Positions 23,534 to 35,700 of a stretch of DNA of 64,000 nt are shown in pieces. The notes beneath the pieces were generated by a model, which was given only the letters and a program-made list of their open reading frames with translations, did no database searches and was not told the origin of the DNA. A program made the translations under genes and the position numbers. The stretch comes from Podarcis filfolensis (Eukaryota): assembly GCA_964270895.1 (NCBI GenBank), contig OZ185435.1; one strand, 5' to 3'. Every line of letters begins with the position of its first letter. Within the stretch, counting starts at the first letter, position 1.

Positions 23534-26500
23534 CTGGACCCCTTCTTTTTCTTCCCACCTTAATAGACTAAAATCTAGACACAATTGTACCAAACCCACA
23601 AGGGACTGGAAGGCTACAGAAAAGAAGGCAGCAAAGAGACTGCAAATCACTATGAGCACCAGGCTATTCAATTTCTTAAAAAAAGAAAAAGAAAAACTTA
23701 ACAAAAAAGAAACCCACCTAACCAACAGAAGTCATGCATCCATATAACATTCACAGGGTGTTGATCTGTGAAAGCAATATTGTGCCCAGTTCACTTAAAG
23801 GTATGGGAACTCAGGATGGATGCAGAGGCAGCACGAGTGAGGTTGAGTTTATCTGGCACAAACATCAGGAGAAGAAGAGATGGGAGGATGCTGGCTATGT
23901 ATGAATCAATACATCAGTGTACATGGGGGAGGAGGGTTTAGAAACCCACTGCCTTAAAAACAAAGGCTGTGAATTTCCTTTTAGGGTCATGGCCTCTTTC
24001 ACAGACCACTTATTTCAAAGAGTCCTTATTCCAGTTACTAGAAATATTCTGGCTTCAACAATGGTCTTGAGACACAGATGGGATAGTTGGCGCGTAAGCA
24101 GCCCACTGCCGTTTCCTCTACTACCGAAGAATGGAATGAAACTACAACATAAGCCACAGGTGAGTGTAACATCCAACAAACCACTTGGACTTGACAGAGT
24201 AGAAAAGCTAAGGACTATTCAGTATTTGCTAGTTCGGATATGACCAAACTGACATACAATTTCAAGATAAAACTTGATTGATAATGCCCATTCTTAGTCT
24301 TGGTTCACTTCTCACAGGCCTGTTGTTCATAATGTAAATTGGCACTAATAGGACTTTTCAATTACTGTACTAGTGAAAGACTCCAATGCAACCAGCAAGG
24401 GTGTGTAGACCCCTGCTGTTCAATCCCATAGGAAGAGTAAAGGACCAGCTTAGCCCAGTCCTTGCTAAAGCACATTCTCTCAACAAGGCTCCTTCCTTCA
24501 CTGTGGGGATGTACAGGTGTGGCACTGTGGAGTGAGCAGAATCCCCAGCAGATTGGGATGCAGGTACAGCACTTATTGCTGGGGGAGTGGATGGTGGACT
24601 CAACACTCACCCTCTAGGCTCACATAACTGAGCTGCAAAGGGAGTCCTGGCTAAACTTCAAGCGGAGCATGTGCTAAGGGAATGATAAATGCCAGGGTCA
24701 ATAACTACTTATTCCAACCACAATAAAAATGGAGGTGCTGTGCAGAGCCATTTCTAAAAGCTGCCAACACTGATGCAGATAATGACAGCTTCACCTGGGA
24801 ATGTTTGCTGTTGTCCATTCTTGGTCATGTAAAGAAAGACTCAGCACCTGGGCAAAATTATAGACCCCATAACAAAGAGCCTTCTTATCATCCTCAGCTG
24901 ATGGGAAGGAAATTAGATGCTGTAATTGTCACTGAGTTTAGGCTTTTCTCTTTTTGTGACCTGCAATGTTATTTGCAGAGGGTTAAACCAGGATTTAGCA
25001 CATAATTGAGCATTGTTGTAACCTGCATACATATTAGAAAACAAGTAAAAAAAAGCCTCCTAAACTTTTTTGGGGGGAGGGGGAGGCATTTCTGCTTACC
25101 CTGGACCCAGACACAACTATGGGACTTCCCCCTTATACTTAGCAGTGTGTGGGACACAGGAAATAGCTGCATTTGCAAACCTGTTTGACTGGGGACGCTG
25201 TTAGATGTACACTGCATTGCTGGATTGACCAAGGGCACCAAACTAAATTAGCAATGTTACAGTGCTGGGGCTGGAGGGGTTGAAAGTACACAGAATTGTT
25301 GGGCCGAATGAGAGAAATGTTTTTGCACAAGTACTGCCTATCATCTTCTAATTTGTATTTTCCAATCACAAGTGCATGGGCTATGCTTGCTGCAATTTCC
25401 CAACAACTAGGAAGCTGTAGTTATTCTTGTGACAGTGTCTCTTCAGTAAAAAAAAAGATGTAAATCTGGTACAAGACTTCTTTAGCATCAGAAAAGTCAC
25501 AAGTTCAAATAGGTTCCACCTTACAACAACTAATGGAGCCTGACCACACAATCCATTATTTCCATTTCCAATTGCAAATAAAAACTCCCAGCTGCATCCT
25601 CAAATATGGATGGGTACTCTCTGGACTTTGCTGCACCAGCACATGAGTGTACACCCTGACATTCACAGTGTACCACAAATGAGCCAAGGGCAGCAGCAGG
25701 CAACTCCTGCAGAATGTTTAAGAGTAGGATGTAAATAGGCAATGTCATCTGCATGCAAGCAACTAGCCAGGATCCAGCCTTCAGGTGCAGAACACTGTCC
25801 TCTCATAGTACTACTGGTAATTATGTTTCTGAATTCTAAGAAAATCAGGGTGACAAACTTGTTACCCTGATGAACAAAGATACTGTGGTTCCCCTACGTT
25901 TTCTCAAGGCAAAAGGAAATCTGACACATCTGCTACCCAAGCAAGGATCTTTCTGCACAGCCAGACAAAACATGCCCAAACTTTATTTTTTTCCTTTTGC
26001 TATACTTCCAGAAGCCAAATCCCTCTTAAACTTAGCTGGTGGCATTTCCAGGACAGAAGACGCCAGCGAGGAGGGGGAGAAGGGGCAAGGAGAGAAGTAC
26101 ACACAAAATCAGAAGAATGACAAAATTAAAGATTCACAAGTGTACCTTGCTGCTCTTCACTTTAAACTAGCTGATCACTCCAGTGCTGCAGGCTAAGCAA
26201 AGTTATACTACAGATGTCACTAGTCAAGAGAGGCCAAATGTAAAGTAACCCCCCCCCCAAAAAACCCCATGGCTAAATCCAAAGCAAGGTTTCAACACAT
26301 GGGAGACCTTAGTATAATAAATTGTTTTCCCTTCAGAAAGTACCAGGGGTTAACTGTGAGCCCCATTGTGGGGGCATAAAGATAGCATGTTATTAATACT
26401 ACTTTGCTGAAGCAGTGTTTTTAAATTGCTTAAAAGTGGAAGGTAGCAGACAAATGCCCCTTCCTCAGGGCAGATCAACACATGACTCTCTTCCCCTTCC

Positions 26501-28149
26501 CCTTACAACAGCCTTGCACTGAGCTCTGGTCTTCCCTCTCTGCACTGTGTGGTACAACTTTCATGGCCTGATGATACTGCAGGGTTTGCAGAACACAAAG
26601 GAGGCAGAGAATTCAACACAAGATCACTATTTTTGGCACCTGTTCCATGTTTAAGATAAAACGAATAGTTCTGCACTCCCTGCACCTTACATCATAGGCT
26701 AAGAGGGCATGATGGCCATTGCCCAAATTCATGCATGTGTGGCCATTCTGAACAAACCTATGGCTTTAAGGGAAAAGAATACAAGGATGGCAATTGTGTT
26801 TGGTGAGGGGAAGGAAGGGCCACATGCACATGGGGACAGCTGAAATCAGAAATCCCATTTGCCTGCCTCTGTCAACAGCCAACATCAATTTATCAACCAG
26901 AAGAGGATAATTGGCTTCCTCCTGTTCCTTGCTGCTGGAAATCCAGCTTCTGGCCTGAAATATGAGGACTTGTCTATTTTTCACCCGTTACACTCAGAAT
27001 ATCTAAATGTAGGCTTGCAAATTGCGTGACCCATCAAGCCAAATGCAAACCACCCAACACACACGGTTGCTTGTTTGCTGCACTCAAAGGCAGGCAAAAC
27101 CAGGAGGATTATCAGGGATCTGGTGGGCTACATTTGTATTGGTAGGTCACAAGATGAAAAGGCCTCTCAAACATGCCCCCAATGATATTTTGCTCGGTGT
27201 ATTGCTATAAAAAGTGTTATTTCCTCTGAGCAATTTTCCTGATTGGCTGCCTTCTGGCTTTACTTGCTAATAACATCAGGTACTTAGAAAGCTGCCAACT
27301 TCACTACGGAGTATCAAAAGTCAAATGGTAAGGCCTGATCTTTTTCAAACGTAAAGCTAAGGCTATTTGACACGAATTGTCCTTACTCTTCACCGATATG
27401 TATAGTGATAAAAGATCAGCTGCTGGACCGTGAGCATAACTGAGTGTCACTGAGGAGTCCTTGAGGGACAAGATTGGAGGCTAGAAGTAAAGAAACCGCC
27501 ACAAACAATGAGTGGCAGGAACAAAATTCAGATGATTATGTAAATAAAGTGCATTAGGATGCATAGTTCTTCAACACAGAATAGTGAAAGCACGGCAGCA
27601 CCATCGCCGGCTGTCTGACAGAGGAGAGACTTTCTAACATGGACCTGGGCTGACTGCCATGACTTACGCCAACATGAGTGCTGCCATGGAAGTGAAAGGG
27701 TATGAAATATTGGCCGTTTGCACTTGTCTATGCAAAGGTGGCTATTTCAGACTCGCTCATCTCATGTCCAGCACCAGCATTTTAATAGCATGAAATTACT
27801 GCGACAATTTGCTTCAGAAGACCGACAAGCTGTGCTAAGCAAAGCCAGATCTCAAAGGTAAAATCCTTTGTCTCCACGTTCTCCCTATAATCTAGGTGCT
27901 AAAACGACAAAGATTTTTAAATGCTGCCAATGCTCTCTTGTGCTTTTAAGCACAAGAGTTAATTAGGAGAGCTTAACAGAGGAGAGATTCCACCAGTTGG
28001 AGGAAGGTTTGCAGATTGGATGCAGTTCAACCCCACAGGCTATTTGAATGGCATGACAATCTCTCGACACTCACCCCCAAGGCATTTTTCAAACAGAAAC
28101 ACAGCAGAATGGCAACATCATAAGCAAAACCTGTGTTAAAAAATTCTAA

Positions 28150-28301
28150 NNNNNNNNNNNNNNNNNNNNNNNNNNNNNNNNNNNNNNNNNNNNNNNNNNN
28201 NNNNNNNNNNNNNNNNNNNNNNNNNNNNNNNNNNNNNNNNNNNNNNNNNNNNNNNNNNNNNNNNNNNNNNNNNNNNNNNNNNNNNNNNNNNNNNNNNNNN
28301 N
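28150..28301. other. Assembly gap (152 N)
   Basis: N run. Confidence 0.99.
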
Positions 28302-28542
28302 ATTTAAAAAAGTTGTTTTTCCCCCAGATACAAAGATTTTGCCCTTGCATAAAAAACAGTGCCCAAAACGATGACACACGGACTCACAAAGACTCACTGT
28401 ATCTCACTGACACTATTACTTCTAATCTATACCATGCAAGGTCCCATCTACCTCTTTAATCGGACTGTCAGCCTGAAAAAAACAGCTTTTCTATTCCTTA
28501 CATTTGTAACCAAAAGAGAAAGGAAACAAAGGAAACAGGCAT

Positions 28543-28548
28543 TTTAAT
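28543..28548 (-). terminator. Candidate proximal PHF21A poly(A) signal ATTAAA
   Basis: Upstream TGTA and U-run; downstream TGTTTCCTTTGTTTCCTTTCTCTTTTGG. Confidence 0.45.
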
Positions 28549-29155
28549 AATTTTTTTTGTTTTTTTTTTACTATTTGGGCCATATGTTTGGGACATGTGC
28601 TGTACTGTTTGGAATATCACTTTTGCTTGACAAGTGTACAAAAAAAAAAAGTTGGAATTTTCATTTCAGTCGTGACCCGCTTTTCTGAAACCCCAGGCTG
28701 ATTATATTAGTCCCCCTCCCTTCTCCTCTTCCTCAGCAAAAGCTTCCTGGGCCAATGTGATGCCCTAACCAGCAATTTATTTCACTTGTCTATTTGGAAA
28801 AAAAAGTGGATAAACCCGAAGCTGCCAGTCTAGTAATCCCCAGCCTGAGTGTGCACTAGATACTTAGTGAAAAACCCTTCCCCATTCCTTTTTGTCTCTC
28901 CTGTCAAAACAATAGTGAATACTGCTTATTGGATAGGCTTGGTCCCCACTCCCACCACCCCACCCCCTCTGGACCCTAGGACTTGTTAATTCATATTTCT
29001 GGATTTTTGGTTTAGTAGTACGGAGAATTCAGAAACAGGAAAAGCCCACAGGCTCTTTGGACTTGAAGTTTCCTTAGCTAAACAAACTGGTCTGCAGATA
29101 AGATTTGAAACCTGCTCCTCCTCCCTGCTCCCCACCCCCAAATAAAAACAAAAGC

Positions 29156-29303
29156 NNNNNNNNNNNNNNNNNNNNNNNNNNNNNNNNNNNNNNNNNNNNN
29201 NNNNNNNNNNNNNNNNNNNNNNNNNNNNNNNNNNNNNNNNNNNNNNNNNNNNNNNNNNNNNNNNNNNNNNNNNNNNNNNNNNNNNNNNNNNNNNNNNNNN
29301 NNN
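29156..29303. other. Assembly gap (148 N)
   Basis: N run. Confidence 0.99.
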
Positions 29304-29505
29304 TCCAAACTTTGCACGTACACACAGAATAAGGAGGATCGATTGGCAACTCTGGTGCTGCCTGGCACAAGCCTCTTCGCGCTCTTTCTGGAACCAAAGA
29401 GTTCTGCGCTTTCCAGAAGAAATCCAGCTTTTCTTTTCTAGAGTTTTATTGTTCTGCTCTTCTGCCTCGCCGCCATCTCCCCCGGCTCCTTCTTCCTGTG
29501 CTATG

Positions 29506-29763
29506 TTATTTAGTCTCGTCGCCCTTGGTACAGTTCACCATGCAGCTCTGGGAGGGGGAAGAGGCTGGGGTGGAGGCGGCGGCAGCCTTTGCGTTATTGG
29601 TGGAGTCCATGCCATTGGAGATGGCGACGGAACTGCCCTCAGAGTTTATGGGTTTTGAAAGGTTGATGCCCTGGATGAGGCGAATTAACTGTTTTACCTT
29701 CTCCAATGAACTGTGCATTTCCTTCTGTTTTGCCAGGATGGTGTTCTTCATTTCCATACATTT
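29506..29763 (-). CDS. PHF21A: PHF21A last coding exon ([10 protein letters not shown]...KGDETK*)
   Basis: ttcag acceptor, TAA at 29508-29506. Confidence 0.96.
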   Translation of the reverse strand, partial: KCMEMKNTILAKQKEMHSSLEKVKQLIRLIQGINLSKPINSEGSSVAISNGMDSTNNAKAAAASTPASSPSQSCMVNCTKGDETK

Positions 29764-32700
29764 CTGAAGCAGATTGGAACAACATTGCATTAATGAGTGC
29801 GCTCATAAAAAAAAGGCCCAAACGAGAATGAAAGTTAAAGCAAAGGGATCCCAAGATCCACAAGAGACTGCAAAAACAGATTCTTTGTCAAAGCACCTGG
29901 TGGATACAACATGGCTCCCATACCAAATACAGCCCACATAGCAAACCAAAGAGTTCAAAGAAAGCAAATGCTATTTCACAGCCACGACTACAGCATATAG
30001 ATTACAACTATGACTTAGCAGAGAAAAAGAAGCTCTAACAAAAATAAGACGCCGCTGAGACTTTTAAAAAACACCACCACGACAAAGCTGTGGTGAAGAA
30101 CGGCTCAGAACTGATACTGTGATTGGTCACAGTAAACAGTCATTTTCTAAGATTCACGGCTGTAGCTTCTAGCGGAACACAGAGGATAAACAAACCATCA
30201 TTTAGCACAGCAATACTTACTGTTATAGAATTGCTGAGCTGTTTGACTTTCTGTTCTAGCTGCTCCCTTTCCTGTTTTAAATCTGAACTCCATTTCAGTA
30301 ATTTCTGTTTTTCCTCTTCTTTTGCTGTGGAAGAGAGTATATCAATTGTATCAATTATGCCCTGCAGATGGGATCTCTCAGCTGCTTTTGCACAATGGAG
30401 AGCCAGTATTGGACCATACCTGAAGCTGCAGGTGCAGACATAAAGAGAGTCAGATGAAGCTGTCATATCCATTTCATTACTGGGGTTATCATGCAGTCAG
30501 CTCTTAATTTCCTTCTGAAAACAAACATCCTACTCCCTTCCTCAAAGTAACATTTTCCAAAGAAAAGAAAACCAAGCCAAGCTCTGTACCGTTTTCTTAC
30601 CTGCTTTGTATGCAATATATGAATGAACAATTGCTAAAGTTCCTGGCCACGGGATTGCTTCTTCTTTCTTTAGCATCTGAAAGAAAGGAGAAGGAACACT
30701 TGGCTGACATGTTCTACCTCTAGGAAAGATGACACATGCTAAAGGGTTTCTTTCACAACTATTAAAATCAATGCCATTCTCTTCTGAGGCCCTCCCCAGG
30801 CAATTAAACAACTTAAAATCCCCCTTTGTTCTACTCTTGGGTTGCTGCTAGTTCTGGTCCGGGACAAGAAGCCTGATGCTTTGTTGACATGTGATGGATG
30901 TGGGAGGCCAAAGGGACAGAGAAATGAACCAGACTATATCCACATATCAAAAGGAGGGAGAGGAAGACTGTGCTGCAGGGCTATCAAGTGCATGGGGATA
31001 ACACGTAACCTTTCAAGAACTAAATAAAAAACATAAATTTCATAAAATGGTAAGGAAGGGTAGCCTTGTTGCTTTAAAGTCTACATTAAAAAAACAAGAT
31101 GAAGGCAATTACATGATCATTTCTATGCTTGGTTGTTTCAGCAGGCAAGCATTCAGCCCCTAAAGAATTAATTAAAAAAAATAAAAATCCCTAAATGGAT
31201 AACAAAATAGTGAGGCACTGGTAGGAAGAAGGGGAATTGTGTTACTAATCACTAAAACATATGTGCCTGTAATATTCACAACCAGCTTATACACAGCACT
31301 TACAATAGTATGTCGAAATGGGGAGTGGGGAAGGAAATTCCAAGCAAACAAATACTGAGGTTTGAGTACTGGGGGAATTCTATAACAGAAGCATTATCCA
31401 GAAAAGATGCCTGATCCACAACTCAACACGCACCTCAAGCAAGTAAACATTGCATTTACTGCACACACAAAAACCTCCACAATAGTTTGGGAAGACCCTC
31501 AAGATTTAATAGCATGAAATACTCACACATCTGTGCTAAACCTCCCACAAGGGAAGCCTGTTTAATCACCATGTCAGCAATTTTGTACATTCCCTTGCAT
31601 CTACAAACATTTTCTGCTGATGAAATTTTAACAAGCTGAACAGGAATGAAGAGACAACATATCTGATCTTAAAACTTGCCAGTAGAGAGGATTGTGACTT
31701 CATGATTCACAAACTGCTGATCTAATTAGCTAAAGGAAAAACACTCTGATAGCAAAGAGCAGTCTCCGTGGAGAAAACTACATGTTACTTTGGCAAACAT
31801 GCATTTCCCACAAATGTGTTGGTTAACAGCAATGCAGGAGTAGCGGGGCATTTCCAGAAGAGAATTGGTGGGTGGGAGACGGGTGTTTAATCATGTGGTT
31901 ATTCATCACAAAACGTTCCTCCCCAGCTGGGCTTATTTTTGCTCTCAAAGCCAGCTATGGGGAAAGATTTAGCATCTATCTCATGCCTGCTAACTCTCAC
32001 CTGTAAAATGCCCTGTGTCCCTGCATTATCATGCAAACATTGCTTTTCCAGCATGTAGCTTTGTCCTAGACCTTAAAATACTGGACTTTCCAACACATGT
32101 ATTGTAGAATGAAGCTAACATTATATACCATATTTTTCGCTCTATAAGATGCACCAGACCACGACGCACCTAGTTTTTGGAGGAGGAAAACAAGAAAAAA
32201 AATATTCTGAATCTCAGAAGCCACAACAGCAAGATGGATCGCTGTGCAGTGAAAGCAGCAATCCCTCTTGCTGTTCTGGCTTCTGGGATAGCTGCGCAGC
32301 CTGCATTCGCTCCATAAGACGCACACACATTTCCCCTTACTTTTTAGGAGGGAAAAAGTGAGTCTTATAGAGCAAAAAATACGGTATCTTTTGTGGAAGC
32401 AGAAATATCGATAAAGATGCAAGTGGATCAAAGGGAATCTTCCCCGTAAGTCTTCGAGCTTTGCCATGGCAAATAAATGGCTGTTTAGTACCCTGAGATG
32501 TGGAACAGAAAAGCAAACGTTTGATGGCTTTGAATTTGTGAGGCCATTTCAGTTCAGGTCAGATATTGTCACCCTCTCAAAGTCTAAGCCATGTGCCCCA
32601 CCCATTTTGTCCAAAGCAGAGAACCATTGCAAGAGGCTTCCCTTTTTGTGTCAAACAATACCTGGTCTTGACATTTGGGACAGATCCACATGCCCTTGGG

Positions 32701-35700
32701 AATAGTTTTCAGAGGTGGGTCCAGACAGTCCAAGTGATACACACGTGAGCACGTGTCACACATCAGCAACTGCCCACTTTTCCTGCAAACACTGCAAAAA
32801 TCTTCATGGATATCACCCTATAAAATTAGAGGGGGGAAAGGGAACTTACAAACTTTGAAAACTAAATTCCAGTTCAAAGTAAAGTCCTAAGTGAATGAAA
32901 TCCCCAAAATAATATCCTTTTCATGAAACACAGAAAGAAAGCTACCAAAGGGTCCCTGACGATTAGATCCACTTTCTTCAGACAGAAAAGAACCACAAGG
33001 AATGTCAGGGGCCATGGCTTCTTCAAATGCCACCATGTCTACCCTAGTACAATTTCAAACTATAAAGCACAGATCACTTTTTTTAAAGTGCCACAATAGG
33101 TTCGGTTCTCCAGGAGGTGCAGAACTTGTCACCCACGTTTCACTTAATGTCTGCATGGAACTGCTGGGTGGGATTAGACAGCGTCTGAGAGTGTGCTGTC
33201 ATCACCATTCTGATGACACACAGCTCTTATGTCATCTTCTGCAGGTAGGCAGTGGATGTGCTCATTGGTGCCTGGTCATGATAATGGACTGGATGAGGAC
33301 CAATGACATGAGTCTTAATCCAGCCAAGATGGATTAGCAGGTGGATCTTCTGTCCAGGTGAATGTCATGCAATCTGCTCTCGACAGGGTGAGACTCATTC
33401 TGAAAGGTCCATAGACTGAGTGTCTTCCTGGATCCACTGCTGTCACTTGAGGGACAGGTGGCCCTGGTAGTGCAGAATGCTTTAGCTTCTGTTTTTTTGT
33501 TACAAAAAAGTTAAAAACCAAAAGATTGTAAGTCACTTGCAGTGTAAAAGATCCACTGGGATGAAAGAATTTGGATATGGCAGATCTCAATGGGTGCTCA
33601 GCCGGTGGATCTTAAGACGGTATAACTTACACTAGCATAAGTTCCCCCCAGAAGGGGGCATTCTGGAGATGTGGCAGAGCAAGGAGAGACTTACACCTCT
33701 TCCAAACACATTCTGGCTCAGTCAAGTGACCCAGCAGCCCAGCCAATGTAGCTGGCAAAGAGTGTCGTATTCCTTCTGAACTGAGTTTGGAATAGGGGTA
33801 ACTTTTGCCACTGTAACATGCCAGCATTATTTATGCTAGCTTTCTATAGTTAGGATTGCTCCATTAGAGACTTTTGTAGTAAGCAACTAATAATTTAAAT
33901 CCAACACTAGTAGCCTGATCCAACACTAGGAGCTCACTATACTGAGGTGCTTATTTTGTTTGGGGACAGAGTGCATAAATCAAATAGTGAATATGAATAT
34001 TCCAGTGCTGGAGAGGAGTGAGACTAACACATATACAAGGAATAAAAGCTGATATCATTAACCATGATGGATAAAAGAGATTTGCTGTGGTGGTTGCTGC
34101 TGCTACTGTATGTCTTTATTTTCAATGGCTATATGACCACACTGGATTGATAAGCCTCTAAGCAAATAAGCAAAATCTGCACAGCTATAGGGGCAGAAAA
34201 TTGTACCAATTGTGAGCAGTGAAGTCATGGCCATTTCTAGGTGCCTGTGACATCTGTACAGCCTCATTCCACGCAGCACGCCAAATCAAAACAAGAAAGC
34301 AAGGGGATGGGTTAGGCAGGTGGGGGCCAGAGATAAAATATAAAATTAATGCTTTCTATTGGCAAAAGAACTGTGGTCTACACGTTGGCAAAATGTGATA
34401 TCTGGGGAGCAGCACTGAGGAGAAAGCCTGCCTGGATTCTCTGCAAATATGAGTAAGATCTACATATTTATTGTGCAATAAAATTATTGTTTGCAAAAGG
34501 CTATGGAATATAGCCTTGGGCATGCTTAGCATGAGCATAAGCATAATTTCACCTGGGTGCTGCCTCTTAAGGTAGCTACAGTCTTTCCTAAGAAATGTGT
34601 CTCATGTGCCATTATCTTTTCAATATTTTGGAAGTAGAAGGCACTGGTTGCAAAATCAAGTTAATGCACCACTTTAAGCCTAATATAACTTTAACCTTGG
34701 TGCATCACTGCAATATCCAGTAATAGGTATACTTTTTCTGATTTATCTTATGTAAACTTGGCCTTTCGATAGAAGAGATGGAAAACCTTGACCAAACCAG
34801 ACTAACACAAAACACCATCCCCAGCTGTAAAATGTCAACAAAGGCCCCAGTACTAGTTTTAATAGCAAGAACATTTCAGTTTTGCATGACTCTTTGCATT
34901 ACTTTCCCTTCCTTATCTCTTCACTTTAGGATGCAAAATTCTTAGCAAAGCCATTTAGTTTCCTTTTCTCTCTTTCCTTCTGCTGTTACCATCTCATAGT
35001 TACTATTTTTATTTGTAGATCACTGTACAGAAATGCAGAAAGAGAAGAAGAGCTAAAAAGAACAGAAATAAGGTAACAGAAAATGGCTTAATACATGAAT
35101 TTCAATCAACTGAGGGCTGCTCTGGAAAATTGCTACATCCAAATCCCAATCTCTAAAGCTTTCTTCAAATTCAGAATATAGGGATAAAATTTGAAAGAAA
35201 TAAAAGTGTCACAGCCTCCTTAAAATATGTAATTCAATCTTCCATATCAAACTGAGCAGTGGTAGGATTTGAATTATGCCAGATGTTTTCTACTGCCTTA
35301 CATAGCATGCTAATGTGCCCATCTTTATTAAGAATACATATTAAATGATGCCAGAATACCAACCACGGGTGGGTGGGAGGATATTACCCACAAACATTAG
35401 CTGAGGCTTAAACTTTGACATTGAAAACCAAGCCTTCACACTTTCATGGAAACCTCTCTCTATTAATTCCTAAACTTACTGTGCTATCCTGACTTTGGCA
35501 TGTAAAGATGCTTTGATTTTGCAAGTTCTACATATCAAATGAGTGCTGGATTCCAATGTTCAAATTATGGGGGGAAGGGGGGAACTTAAGGAAAACCTCA
35601 CATTTTATCCCTCAACCCCCCACCCAGCTTTTAAGTCAGTCATACTCCACTCTGTAGCTTTCTACAGTGTAGTAGTAGTAGTAGTAGTAGCTAAGATGAG

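Noticed and set aside
24840-24860. REST/NRSE site (TCAGCACC...)
   Set aside because: Only the left half-site matches; same for 5467 and 14547
29445-29450. Minus-strand AATAAA about 55 nt after the PHF21A stop
   Set aside because: Downstream sequence is A/purine-rich with no GU/U element; weak as a cleavage site
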